Source of the DNA: the human T2T-CHM13v2.0 reference genome, Homo sapiens
DNA: 64,000 bases
Direction: 5' to 3' (one strand)
NCBI RefSeq assembly: GCF_009914755.1
Contig: NC_060943.1
Positions 1 to 15,841 of this stretch are shown piece after piece (the stretch's first letter is position 1; every line of letters starts with the position of its first letter). The position numbers were made by a program, and so were the translations under genes. The notes beneath the pieces are model-generated. The model saw nothing but the letters and a program-made list of their open reading frames with translations. It did not search any database and was not told the origin of the DNA.

Positions 1-129
1 ATTAGCAAACTGACTGCCAAATGGGGGGGAAAAAAGGTAAGAAAAGCCTTCTTACAAAGAATCCTGTATGTTAAAACTTTCTGGTACATTTTAATAATCT
101 AGCCCCCACAGGCTCCATGAGATAAAACT

Positions 130-300
130 AATATTTATTGAATATTTCCCGTGTGCTATATACTGCATCAAGCATTACATGTATTTGCAGCTCATCCTCA
201 CAATTCCTGAGATAGGTGTTCTCATCACCTCTATTTTACATATAAGGAAACTGAAGCATATCCAGTAAGTAACTCCAGAGGTCAGACTCTGCAACCACTA
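130..300 (-). mobile_element. MIR SINE
   Basis: MIR core variant 'ctattttacatataaggaaactgaagca'. Confidence 0.7.
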
Positions 301-619
301 TCCTACATTAATTCTGTATTAATAAACTGGAAAACCTTAAAGAAATGCATAATTTTCTAGGGAAACAAAATTACTTGAAATCTGTTTGACTGTAAGTGTT
401 CTTCCAATGCCTAAGGAACAAATTATTCTTAGTCTGCACAGATAGTTCCCAGGACATTAAGAAGAAAAAGACGAGGGCTTGCCAATTCATTGAACTAAAT
501 TAGAAGAGTGGCTTTCAAGAACATATTTCCTACAATGAAAATGTGTTACAAGAATAGCTATCTTGTATGGGATACTTACCCTGTGCCAGGCACTGGAGTA
601 AGTGCTTTATAAAAGATCT

Positions 620-1212
620 GGGTGCCACTTGGAAAACAATCTGGCAGTTCTTCAAAACGTTAAACATAGAGTTACCACATGACCCAGTAATTCTACTGGT
701 AGGTAAAATTAAAACACATGTTCACACAAAAACTTGCACATCAATGTTCTTAACAGCATTATTCATAACATAGCCAAAAAGGGGAAAAAACCCAAATGGC
801 CATTAGCTGATGAACAGATAAATAATGTATAGCCAAACAACAGAATATTATTTGGCAATAGAAAAGAACAACGTTCTAATACATGCTACAGCATAGATGA
901 ACTTTGAAAACAGTAGGCTAAGTAAAAAAAGGCAGTCACAAAAGCTCACACCTTGTATGATTCCATTTATATGAAATGTCCAGAATAGGCAAATCTATAG
1001 ACAGAAAATAGGTGAATGGTTCCCTACGGTTGGAGGAAGAGGGGAATGAGGAGTGAAGAGTTTTTTTTTAGGGTAATTAAAATGTTCTCAGATTGAGGGC
1101 AGTGATGGCCATACAACTCTGAATATTACTAAACACCACTGAACTGTACACACTGTAAATAGGTGAATTGTATGGCAGACGAATTATATCTTGGTAAGGC
1201 TGTTATTAAAAA
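620..1212 (+). mobile_element. Old L1 (L1MC/L1ME-type) 3' region
   Basis: 'ttggaaaacaatctggcagttcttcaaaacgttaaacatagagttaccacatgacccag' ORF2 tail followed by a 3'UTR ending 'gaattatatct'. Confidence 0.8.
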
Positions 1213-1403
1213 TACATATCTAGGTGTATTTTCCTAACAACCTTAATGAAACTGAAACTAATATACTTATTTTGTAGACGAGAAATCTGCAGCTCAGAGG
1301 GGACACTATCTACTCATGGTCATAATCTAAATAGTTGAGAAAGCCAGAATTCAAATACGAGTTTTTCTGTCTATACTGCTTACTATCTCCCAACACAATC
1401 CTA

Positions 1404-1931
<528 letters not shown>

Positions 1932-2044
1932 ATGCTATTAAGCATTTCAAACCTACAATAAGAGGGAAGCTGTCCATTTAAGAAGCTAGCAGATGGCTTC
2001 CAAGTGCATCTTAATTCAAGAGTGCCCTGGAGAATAATAAAAAT

Positions 2045-2285
2045 AATAGCTATAATTTATTAAACTTTTACAATGGGTAAGGCCTGGCACCAAGCACCTT
2101 ATGTGAATGATTATGTTTAATTATCATAACAACTTAATAAGGTAGATGCCATTATTACCCAGGTTTTACAGATGAGAGGCAAGCCTTAAGAGGTATCTTT
2201 TCCCAGGTTACAAGCTAAAGGGTGGCAGAGCTAGAAATCAAACTCAAATCTGTTAGATTCCTGAGCCTCAGCCCTCAACCACCAC
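2045..2285 (-). mobile_element. MIR SINE
   Basis: 'ggttttacagatgagaggc...tttcccaggttacaagcta'. Confidence 0.7.
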
Positions 2286-2594
2286 TCAGTACATTTCTAG
2301 GCTATTAAATTTGAAAGCCATAATGAAATGGAACGTTCTTGAAAGGAAGGGAGATAATAAACACTTGGCAGACGTCAGGGGAGTACTTTCCTCAAAAAGT
2401 TCTCCAAGCCTTTGCCATTTATAGGCAACTTTCTTCACATTTCCAAAGAACAAATAATTCTTATGCTTTATAAATTGTGTAAATTTCAGCAAAAAGAGAC
2501 AAAAGTGTTTCATTTGAAGAAAGCACATGGATTTTCAACCCCAAATATACCTTATTTTGACATAATAAGAATGTGTATGTACCAGGAATGTGTC

Positions 2595-2780
2595 TGAGCA
2601 CTTTATAATTGTTAGCTTCTCAAATCTTCATGACAACTATCTAAGGTAGGTACTATTAATAATCCCTATTTTACAGATGAGGAAGGGGAAGCACAGAGAG
2701 GGTAGATGACTGGCACAAAGTCACATGGCTAGAAAGTGGCTAGGATTAAAAACCAAGTCATCTAGCTCTACCCTCCAGCA
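2595..2780 (-). mobile_element. MIR SINE
   Basis: 'ccctattttacagatgaggaaggggaagcacagagagggt' core. Confidence 0.75.
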
Positions 2781-3076
2781 CTTAGTCTACTCAACCAACT
2801 CTCAAAAAAGAATATGCTATAGCTAATATATGATTCACTGGACTCCTAGCACTGTGGATTATCACACTGACTCCCTTCACATGTATTATCCCAACTGACA
2901 ACCAAGAAGGTAGGTAAGTTTACTGCCTATTGCAAGATGAAGACCATGAGGCTGAGTGATGTGCTAATTTGCCCAAATACACCCAATTAACACATATCAG
3001 AACCAAAATTTTATTAAACCCACGTCTTTCTGACTCTACATCACACCACTAGTCACTGTGTCATGAAATACTATGG

Positions 3077-3711
<635 letters not shown>

Positions 3712-4899
3712 CTTTGTTATTATATTTAAAACTCTTATTAAAAGGGAGGAGTAGTGCACAAAAAGTACCCCCCAACCCCCGAAAAAAGGAAGAAAAAGCA
3801 TGGCCTCAAAAGGTGACTGGAGTAGGAATGGAAACTAACCTCCAACTTTCAAGGAACAAATAATGTCTCTGTTCCATAAAGTGTTCCAAGGCCTAGAAAA
3901 CAGTGGAGGGCTTCCCAGTTCATTTTAATTAACTGGTTCACAGAGGTTTACAATCCCTAAGCTGTTTTAATTGGAAAGAACGCTGCAGAATGGAAATAAC
4001 AACAGCTGGCAGTTATGGAACTTTCCCTGTGCTGCCAGGTGCTGTGGTTAAATAGAAGATTTCCATTTAATCTTCCTGACAACCAGGAAGGTAGGGTGCC
4101 ATTGTTATCCAATTCCACGGATGAACCTGGGTCCTCGGGATGTTAAACAAATTGCCGTATGTTCCACATAGAGCTCAGCACTCTAACCCTCATTTCTGCC
4201 CTCCAGAGATTAGTCTTAACACCCCACCATTTACTTTTATTAATAAATCTGCAAACATAAGGAAATACATAATTTCCTGAAAAAATATAACGTACCAAAA
4301 GTAACTATCAAAATAATCTTGGTGAGCTGTATAAATTTCCTACCAACTCCCAGGAAGCAAATAAGTATGTGCCACAAATTGATCTGGGTCATAAGAAAAC
4401 AGACAAGTTTTAATACCCTAGCTCACTGGGTTGCAATAGCACTCATCTCTAACTCATCACCACTAAAAAAAAAAAAAAAAAAGCACAATTAAAAAAAAAA
4501 CCATGCAAGATAATGATAGCTAACATTTTTAGCTGAACTATGTGCCAGACACTAAACACTCCTCATGCAATAACTCATTTAAACTAGGAATAAATATCCC
4601 CTGCAGACTAAGACATAAGGAGGTTAAATGGTTGTCCAAAATCACACAAGCGAGAGGGCCTGGATCCAAATCCAAGCCAGCAAGTGAACAAACCCGGCAT
4701 CCTTAACAGACTTTCAGCTAATAAGTCTGAGAATCCTAATTATACATGCTCAATCCAGGGAAAAAAGAAATTGACAAAACTGAGCCAAACTTAAGGGCAT
4801 AAAGGGGTGCGTGGTACACCTACAGCTTTCAAGCAATGTCAACAGTCTCTACGATTCACTCAGCAAAGCAGTTCTGAACCAAAACTAGCTTCCTCTAAA

Positions 4900-5232
4900 A
4901 GAGACCAAACTCCACATAAACGTTACAATATGGATGAACTTCAAAAGTGTTCTGCTAAAGGTAAGAAGAAAACATCATAAACTGTACAATTCAGTTTTCA
5001 TGGAACGTCCAGAAAAGGGAAATCTCAAGAGCCATAAAGTGGATTAGTGCTTGCCTGGGGCTGATCCTCAAATGGGCTCGAGGGAACTGGGGATGGTGGG
5101 ATTGGTTGACGTAAACATTCTAAAAGTGGGTTGCGGTGATGGCTGTACAACTCATACATTTACCAAAAAATATTCAGTTGTACACTGGGTACATTTTGAC
5201 GTAATCTGCATCTCCACAGAACTGTGTAAAAG
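4900..5232 (+). mobile_element. Old L1 (L1ME-type) 3'UTR fragment
   Basis: 'tggatgaacttcaaaagtgttctgctaaag...gtccagaaaagggaaatct...gttgtacact'. Confidence 0.6.
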
Positions 5233-5269
5233 AGGCTGAGTACCCCAGCAACTGCTTCTTGTCGAAAGC

Positions 5270-6125
5270 CATTTCCTATCCTCCGCGCTAGGCGTCTCAC
5301 AGGCTTTTCCCCCAGTCAAATCAATGCTAATAATCGGAAATAGCAAGTTCTGAGAAACGCTAGCGTAGAATGGGCGCACTAGGGGTAAGGGGATGGGCCC
5401 CAGACTTCAGCAGCCGTTCTGGGAAGTTGCTCGCCTTTTTCGAAGACTCTAGCTGCAAAACTGGAAGCCGTCGGTGGGGCAAGGCAGAGAAGAGACCACG
5501 TCTGGCGGATGAGTCCTGTGATTATCAGGTCACCTGGGTAACGCCCAACCACGACGGGCTGGGTCTCAGCGCGAGGCCTGCAGCCCGGCGCCGACTGGAA
5601 TCCCCAGCACTGCCGTCTGGAGGACATCGGCGGTATCTCCCCAAGAGACGGGAAGTCTGTGTGTCGAAGAGGCGCGGGACGCAAGCCCACCAACCTGGCC
5701 GACCCCAGGGAAAGGCCGAGCGTCCAGCCCGCGGGGGCCCAAGATGGTGCCAGAGTTCGAGGCCCTCTGTGCATGCACCCCGCCCGCCTTCGAATCTAGC
5801 CTGTTCGCCGTTGTGGTTTGTCCTCCCGGTTCCTCTGAAGGAGTTGGTCAGTAGAACCATGGCCTCCATTGACTACGTCCTCAGAGTCGCAGCTCTCTTC
5901 AGTCGAGCTCCAGTCACAGAGGACGGTTGTGGTGAGACCCAGGCAGAAGTATTTCCGGTCAACGAGGTCGCGGGTAGTGCGCATGCGCTTCGTGCAGGGC
6001 CCTGCGCAAGGGCGCCTGGGAAACCTTGCGAGAAGTGACACACGCCCTGTCCTCAGGGAGCCCACGGCCGACTGGGAAACAGGAGAACGGGTCAAACGTG
6101 GGACGTCCGTCAGCTATACCGAAAG
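5270..6125. promoter_or_regulatory. CpG island / housekeeping-type promoter; first exon probably on the minus strand
   Basis: Dense unique CpG. NRF1 site TGCGCATGCGC at 5978-5988, ETS/GABP ACCGGAAAT (minus) at 5951-5959, YY1-like CAAGATGG at 5740-5747, candidate minus-strand donor CCAG|GTGACC at 5534. Gene not recognised. Confidence 0.85.
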
Positions 6126-6298
6126 GTCTGTGATAGAGCTTGGAGAAATGTGCATTTGGACACATTATTTTTACATTGTGATCTAGACAGTGAGGTAATC
6201 TTTTAAAAAATAAGTTTTAGAATTCTATTAAATTTCAGTTTTAGAATTATATTTAATCATATTTTGAATATTTTGAAATATTTTGAAATTTCATACGG

Positions 6299-6577
6299 TT
6301 TTTTTGTTTTTCCGGTTTTTTTGAGACAGGGTCTCGCTCTATCATCCAGGCTGGAGTGTAGTGATGTGATCACAGCTCACTTCACCTCAACTTCCCAGGC
6401 TCAAGTGATCCTCCCTCCTCAGCCTCCTGAGTAGCTGGGACTACAGGCACGCACCATTACACACAGCTAATTTTTTTTTTTTTTTTTGGTATTTTTGTAG
6501 AAATGGGGTTTCACCACGTTGCCCAGACTGATCTCGAACTTCTGGGCTCAAGAGATCCGCCTGCCTCGGCCTCCCAA
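6299..6577 (-). mobile_element. AluJ
   Basis: Antisense Alu with J-type 'caggctcaagtgatcctccc'. Confidence 0.9.
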
Positions 6578-6867
6578 GATTTCGTTATGTTGTGGGGAAA
6601 AGATGTATGATTCTATGATCAGAATGAAAGCTCTGAGAGGGCAGCCACTGATGAGTGTAGGTGCAGTATCCTCTACACCTTGCATGGTACTTGGCATGGA
6701 ATGGATGCTCCTTGAGTATTTCTCAAATGACTGACTGGAGTCTTTGAAAAAGGCACCCTGAGTTACTGTTAACAGACAGATTCGCTAATAATTAGCTACT
6801 GTTAATCGGATAGATTAGCTAATAACACCAACTTTTGATTTGTCTCAGAGTGACCTAGTGTGAAAAG

Positions 6868-7008
6868 TAGGGTTGCAGATTTAGTAAATAAAAAATGTAG
6901 GATAACCCTGTCAAATGTGATTTTCAGATAAACTAAGCAAATAATTTGTTAGCATAAGTATGTCCCGTTTGGATATGCTGGGTGTCCTATATTTTATCTA
7001 GCAACTTA
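6868..7008. mobile_element. MER53 (hAT MITE), internally deleted
   Basis: TIR-like ends 'tagggttgcagatttag' and 'ttttatctagcaactta'; central 'agcataagtatgtccc'. Confidence 0.7.
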
Positions 7009-7323
7009 GAAGACATGTTAAGGTGGGGGGGAAAAATGATTGTGTTCCTCTTAGAAAAAGAACTGGAGGAGAAAAGAAAACGGTATCCGGAATTTGTAAA
7101 TAAGTACTTCCAAACAATTCTAAAGCAGGTCAGAAAACTACACTTGAGAAACTGTGATTTATAAAGTTCGTGGTAAGTGTTGTATTTATATCATCTTAAT
7201 TGAAACCTCTTACACAGTAGAACGATTATTTTTATTTTATAAGTGCAAACAGAAGCTCAGAGATAGGAGGTTACTTGTCCAAGTTCTAATATTTTCACTG
7301 TCACCCCAAAAAATATGTATTGA

Positions 7324-7632
7324 GGCCTCTCGGTGGCTCATGCCTGTAATCCTAGCACTTTGGGAGACTGAGGCAGGCAGATTGCCTGAGCTCAGGAGTT
7401 CGAGACCAGCCTGGCCAACATGGTGAAACCCTGCCACTACTAAAAGTACAAAACATTAGCCAGGTGTGGTGGCGCTACCCTGTAGTCCCAGCTACTTGGG
7501 AAGCTGAGGCAGGAGGATCGCTTGAACCCGGGAGGGGGTGGTTACAGGGAGCAGAGATCACACCACTTCACTCCAGCCTGGGAGACAGAGTGAGACTCCA
7601 TGTCAAAAATAAATAAATAAATAAATAAAATA
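7324..7632 (+). mobile_element. AluS with (AAAT)n tail
   Basis: Full dimer. Confidence 0.92.
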
Positions 7633-7768
7633 ATAATTATTATTTATTGAGAGCTGACTGTGTGCTGCTGGTCTCGGATTTCTATTCCACATAATCTGCC
7701 TCCAGAGCTGGAAAATTCCAGTGTCTGACCATTCCTCAGCCTCCCTCCCCTTCCCCACTCCAGCTGCA

Positions 7769-7856
7769 GTTTCCATGGTAACAAACTGAACCTGCTTCTG
7801 TAGCTAACAAGAGCTAAGAGTTTTTGAGAGGGAATAAGCCAGAACAACTGACGTCA
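7769..7856. promoter_or_regulatory. Candidate RFX X-box plus full CRE module
   Basis: GTTTCCATGGTAAC at 7769-7782 and TGACGTCA at 7849-7856 with an overlapping CAACTG; sequence not recognisably repeat-derived. Confidence 0.45.
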
Positions 7857-9578
7857 GCATACCCTGGCTGGGGGATGGGAAGGACTGCTTGAAGCCCTAA
7901 AGCCTTCTATTCCTCCATCAATGGTTTATGCAAGAATTTTGTATGTGTCAACATCTGTCCTTGGATGGAGTCTCTGCAAAAGAACAAAAATTGTCTATGT
8001 AAACCTCTGCAGACCCCATGAATTCATAAGTTTTCACTTCAGGAATTGCTTCAAACACTGGTGACATAAACTTTATGCATCCTTACCATATTAAAATGTA
8101 TTTAGTCATTATTCAACCAATAATGATGGGGGGCACTTCTACATATCAAACAGTGCTAGATCCCAAGGATATAATTACTATCAAAACATACACAGTCTCT
8201 ATTTTCCTGTTTCTTAGAGTTCAGTGGAAGAGACATTTGTTTATTCTTCAGTGTATTCTAAGGACCCTTATGTGTGAGACATGTATTAGGGACTGGGAGA
8301 TACACAGATGAGTTCAAAACAAATCGTTGAGCTGCATGGAAATGATCCTGGTGGGATTGGGGTCAGACATTAAATAGATAATCACAAAACAGCAGATATT
8401 TACTGAGCAGCTACTGTGGTGCCAGGCACTGTTTTAGGCAAGGGGAGGACAGCAGGGAACAAAATAGACTTGGTGTCTGTTCTCATGGAACTTACATTCT
8501 GATGGAGAGGGAAAATATATAAATGAATTCATTTGCTTTTAGTTAGAAGAAAAAGGATATTAAACTCAAATTGACTTAAATAAAAAGGAGAATTTATTGG
8601 CCTAAGTAACTGAAAATGCCAGAGATAGAACTGATCTCATCAGTATTCATGAACATAATTTATGTTGTTGCAGATCTCTGTAGTTTTTCTGCCCAACACT
8701 CCTTCCCCAGGCTTCCTGCCACAGAAGCCTTCTTTCCTATGGAGAACTGGTTAGCATCTGACCTAGGCCTGGTCACTTCATGCTGTTGCTATGCCCACAG
8801 TGATTGGTTCAGGAATGGGCACATGACTCCAATGGGCCAGTCAGAGACTTACTGACCTGGGACTTTTCCTTGGGAATTATGAGAAATATCGTTCCCTTTG
8901 CTGTGATGCTAAACTGGTCTGAAGTGTGCCTGGCCTATAGCCATCTTTTTTGCCTATCTGAATAAGTCAAGAAAGAGCATCCCACTGTGTGTTTTTAAGC
9001 TTCTACTAGATAATGCATGTAATGTGCTTAACACAGAGTAAATTCTCAATAAATGTTAGCCAGTGTTGTTAGTGATTTACAAAGGAATGAGTGAGAAGAA
9101 ATTATTTGCAGGAACTGAAAGATTGTGCTTCAAAATGAAGGTAAATCAGGAGGGTTTTTGGAGTGCATGGAATGAAAACATGGAGGTCCACAGTATAGAG
9201 CAATGTTTCCTCTGAGCCACGATGAGGTTTTATGAGCTGTCCAGGGTTCACTGAAGAATATACTTGCCTGGATTCAAAATGCTTGGACCAACCCATTCAG
9301 ACATTCACTGACCCCTTCCCTGGGTAAGATTCTGTAAAAGAGAAGATGCACAAGGCATGATCATAGCCATTGAGGACCTTATACTCAACTGGAGTAGCAG
9401 GGAGGTGAACAACCAGTAACAGTAAGGCCAGAGGAGTACGGGGCAAGCTTCAGCTCCACATTCATTTACATAAGAAATACACAGGAACATATCTAACATG
9501 CCAGCCATGGTGCGAGGTGTAAGAGATATTGTATTGAACCAAACTGATGCCTTTTTTATTGGAACTTATAATCAAGTG

Positions 9579-9865
9579 CAGTGGTTAGCAAAACTTCAGG
9601 AACAGACCAGACAATAACTATTTTAGGCTTGTGGGCTGTACAGTCTCTGTTGTAACTATGCAACTCTACCATTTTGTGTAAAATCTGCCATGGACAATAT
9701 GTACGTGAATGAACATGGCTATGTTCCACATTATTTTGGGACACTGAAATTTGAATTTCAGATGATTTTGTCACATCAAAAATACTCTTCTTTGGATTTG
9801 TTTTCAACCATTTAAAAATACTGAAACCATTCTTAGCTCATGAGCCATACAAAAACAGGCAGTGG
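9579..9865 (-). mobile_element. MER58B (hAT-Charlie)
   Basis: 'cagtggttagcaaaact...ttttaggcttgtgggctgtacagtctctgttgtaacta...aaaccattcttagctca'. Confidence 0.8.
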
Positions 9866-10124
9866 GGCCAGTTGTAGTTGCTCATGCCTATAATCCCAGC
9901 ACTTTAGGAGGCCAAAGCAGGAGGATCGCTTGAGCCCAGGAGTTCCAGACTAGCCTGGGCAACATAGAGAGACCCTATCTCTACTAAAAATAGAAAAATT
10001 AGCTAGGCATGGTGGCACATGTCTGTAATCCTAGCACTTTGGGAGGCCAAGGAGGTAGGATCGCTTTAGCCCAGGAGTTCAAGATCAGCTTGTGCAATGT
10101 ATCAAAACTTCACCTCTACATAAA
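9866..10124 (+). mobile_element. AluJ/FLAM-like tandem left monomers
   Basis: Two successive left-arm-like units. Confidence 0.8.
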
Positions 10125-10127
10125 TAT

Positions 10128-10530
10128 TAAGGCTTAAACAGCAGAAATGTGTTGTCTCACAGTTCTGAAGGCCAGAAACCCAGCAGGGCTGGTTCCTTCT
10201 GACAACAGGGAAGAAGGATCTGTTCCAGGCCTCTCCCCTAGCTGCTGGGGGTTTGCTGGCAGTCATTGGCCATCATTGGCCTCCATTGGCCATTGCCCTG
10301 ATCTCTGTCCTCATCTTCACATTGTCTTCTCCTGTGTACACATCTGTGTCCAAATTCCTCCTTTTCATAAGGACCCCAGTCGTACTGGATTAGGGCCTGT
10401 CATACTCCAGTGTGACCTCGTCTTAATGTCTTACATCTGCAACAACCCTATTTCTACATAAGGCCACATCCTTAGGTAGTCTGGGGGCTCAGACTTTAAC
10501 ATATGAATTTCTGGGGTGGGGTTGGGGATC
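10128..10530 (-). mobile_element. MLT1 (MaLR) LTR
   Basis: 'ggcttaaacagcagaaatgtgttgtctcacagttctg...ttttcataaggaccccagtcgtactggattagggcc'. Confidence 0.85.
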
Positions 10531-11450
10531 CCACAGCAGCAAGTGTGCCAGCCTCTTTGCTGGTCTCCCTGCTTCCACTTTTTCCCACTTCCTTTCATTT
10601 CCCCAGCCTAGGCAAGGGTGACCTTTCTAAAATGCAGACAGGACCAGGAGCCTGCTGTGAGTCATGGGGCTCACTGAGGCCTTGTTTTTTGGTTTTTTGC
10701 TTTTTGGGATTTTTGTTTGTTTGTTTGTTTTTGAGACACAGTTTCGCTCTTATTGCCCAGGCTGGAGTGCAGTGACGAGGTCTCAGCTCAGGAATCAAGG
10801 GAGGATTCCTAGGTGTCGTGGGCCAGCGTCCCCTCTGCACGTTCAGCCCATGTGGATGTTTTGAAGCTTCCTCTCCTCGGGGGGCACAAGCTTCAGCCAG
10901 AAAATTCATCCCATTTGTCTCAACATTTCTGTAACTCTCCAAAGAAATTTGATCATCTCCCACTATCAGCACTGTCAGTTGGGGTCTGTCCCCAGGACTC
11001 CATCCATGTTGCCACCATCTCTCCCTGGGCATCTGCTGTGGCCTCCTAAACGTTCTTCCTTTTCTATCTAGTCACCTTCCACCCGTTCCACACACACACA
11101 GTGGCCAAAAAGAAAGCCTCACTGTGTAATCTCCTGCCCCTGCTCCGGGTACCCCAGGGCTGCCGCCCATCAGGGTAAAGTCCAAGTGGCCAACATGATG
11201 CCTCGGGCCCTCCAAACCCAACCTTGCCAGCTGGCCCAGCTTCACCTCTCTCTGCTCCCATCCTGGGTCTCCATGCTGCGGCAGTAATGACAATCTTCCA
11301 GTTCCCTGCGGAGGCCACGTGCCCTCTGAGGAGCTGGCTGTACTCACTGTCCCCATAGACTCATTTCTCCCCTCCCATTTTCTCCTCAGTTCACTCCAAC
11401 CAGGATTTGCTGCCACTCTACAAAATCTTCTCAAGATCAACAATACCCTC

Positions 11451-11713
<263 letters not shown>

Positions 11714-12151
11714 TCAGACACTTTCTAAGGATTAGGAATGTATTGGTTAAAAATCAGGTGAGGCAGTTGTCTCTGGAGATGATGTCTTAAAATTAAAACA
11801 TGAATGGAAACCCAATATGGTCTACCCATACAATGGAATATTGTTCAGCCTTAAAAAGGAAGGAAACTCGGGCACTTCTTACAACATCGATGAACATTAT
11901 GACATTATGTTAGATGGAAGAAGCCAGTCACAAAAGGACAAATACTGTATGATTCCACATGAGGTACTTAGAGTAGTCAAATTCATAGAGATAGAAAGTA
12001 GAATGGTAAGTGCCAGGGGCTGAGCCACAGGAAATGGGGAGCTGTTGTTTAATGGGTACAAAGTTTCAGTTTTTCAAGTAGAAAAGAGTTCTGGGGCTGG
12101 ATGGTGGTGATGGTTGCACAAAGATGTGAATGTATTTAATGTCACTGAACT

Positions 12152-13172
<1,021 letters not shown>

Positions 13173-13185
13173 AACTGTACACTTA

Positions 13186-13485
<300 letters not shown>

Positions 13486-13516
13486 CACTTTTTAAAAGCA
13501 AGGGTTAAGATGGTAA

Positions 13517-13877
<361 letters not shown>

Positions 13878-13910
13878 TAAAAATAATTTTTAAAAATTAA
13901 CACATAAATA

Positions 13911-14225
<315 letters not shown>

Positions 14226-14658
14226 CACGTAAATAAATGACACCTACCTTGTAAGCTCATCCTCCATGCTGGGAACACGTTTTTGCCTCTTGGCTTGGCT
14301 TCCCAAAGAGTATATTACCCCAGAGTTTCAGAGATACACACATTCTAGTCCTCACCTAAGCTAATTCCATTCCAGTCCAACTCTTCCACTTTTAAATGGC
14401 CCCCTTGTAGGAACATCCACATCACTCATCTGGGAATATCATCATTTGGCAATTTAATGATCTCTAGGCAAAGACACAGTAGAGATTTTACCCACTGGTG
14501 TGGCTTGGAATGCTGCCTGTGGTGGCTCAGTGCTGTGCTCAACTTGGCAGAACCAGAGTGATGTTTCACAGAGTCCACTTTCTGTTATGGTTCTCGGCTG
14601 GGCTTGGCCACCAGAGGTGTTTGCCTGGGATGGAGAACGCATGGGTGGAGCGGCAGCT

Positions 14659-14672
14659 GTGTGTGCCCTGTG

Positions 14673-14703
<31 letters not shown>

Positions 14704-14967
14704 AGAGGTTACAGTTGGGCCAGGTGCTATGCAGCTCATGCACGTCCCTGCCAGCTGCTGGCTCACCTTGTGTATGTGTGTGTGTCTGTGTCTGTGTGTG
14801 TTTAGAGGTTACAGTTGGACCAGGTGCTATGTGTGTGTGTATGTGTGTGTTTAGAGGTTACAGTTGGACCAGGTGCTGTGTGTGTGTGTGTGTGTGTGTG
14901 TTTAGAGGTTACAGTTGGGCCAGGTGCTGTGTGTGTGTGTGTTTAGAGGTTACAGTTGGACCAGGTG

Positions 14968-15009
<42 letters not shown>

Positions 15010-15130
15010 AGAGGTTACAGTTGGGCCAGGTGCCGTGTGTGTGTGTATGTGTGTGTATTTAGAGGTTACAGTTGGGCCAGGTGCTATGCAGCTCATGCAC
15101 GTCCCTGCCAGCTGCCGCCTCACCTTGTGG
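14659..15130. repeat. Compound minisatellite: 7 x TAGAGGTTACAGTTGGRCCAGGTGC separated by variable (GT)n
   Basis: Units start near 14703, 14801, 14850, 14901, 14942, 15007 and 15058. Confidence 0.95.
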
Positions 15131-15156
15131 CTCATGGGGGCATTCCCAGCTCCCAC

Positions 15157-15841
15157 TGAAACCACCTTTGCAAAAATTATATCAGTGAGAAAATGTTGGC
15201 ATGGAGGAGAGCTGATCTAGCCAATCTTCCTCTTGCCTTTAGCTTTCAAGTTACCTTAATTATCACTGGGCTTAGGCTGAGCTAACTTTGAGAGATATTT
15301 AGGTTATAGTTTAAGTAATAACATCCCTTCCCCAAAACTCAACCGCCTTTGGAAAGCCAATGAGAGACCACCAGAGTAAGGGAGGGGGGAAGACTGAATT
15401 CTGCTAAGGTGTAGACTTAAAGATTGCCAGCCATTATTCTGGAGGTCCTGCAGGTAACATTGCTATTGTGGACTGGCCTTTTGAGATATGTTTTCAGGTT
15501 TTTTGCATGTCTGACACCCATGACTCCACCTGGACCCATCCACGATGGCTCCTGTGGCCCTACCCAGAACCAACTCAACATAAGAGGATGGTTTCAACTC
15601 CCTATAATTTCACCTCTGACCCAACCAATCAGCAGCAACCATTGCATAACCACCCCCGCCCCTTATCCCAAACTACTTTTGAAAAACCCCCAACCTACAA
15701 GCCTTTGATGAGATTGATTTGAGTAATAACTCCATCTTTTGTATGGCGTGGCTGGCCTCACGTCAATTAAATTGTTTCTTTACTGCCATAACATGGTCTT
15801 TATTTGTGCAGCAGACAGGAAGAAACTTTTGGGTGGTTACA
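15157..15841 (+). mobile_element. LTR8/MER4D-group solo LTR (ERV1)
   Basis: 'tgaaaccacctttgcaaaaattatatcagtgag' to 'gggtggttaca'; TSD CCAC on both sides. Confidence 0.85.

Noticed and set aside
5370-6038. 222-aa plus-strand ORF over the CpG island
   Set aside because: Long ORFs occur in several frames because of high GC and few stops; no recognisable domain
5270-6125. Naming the gene driven by the CpG island
   Set aside because: No recognisable coding exon in the window, so any symbol would be a guess
14703-15090. CRISPR-like repeat-spacer array
   Set aside because: The spacers are (GT)n microsatellite, the context is eukaryotic and there are no cas genes; it is a VNTR. The overlapping Cys/Val-rich ORFs are repeat artefacts.
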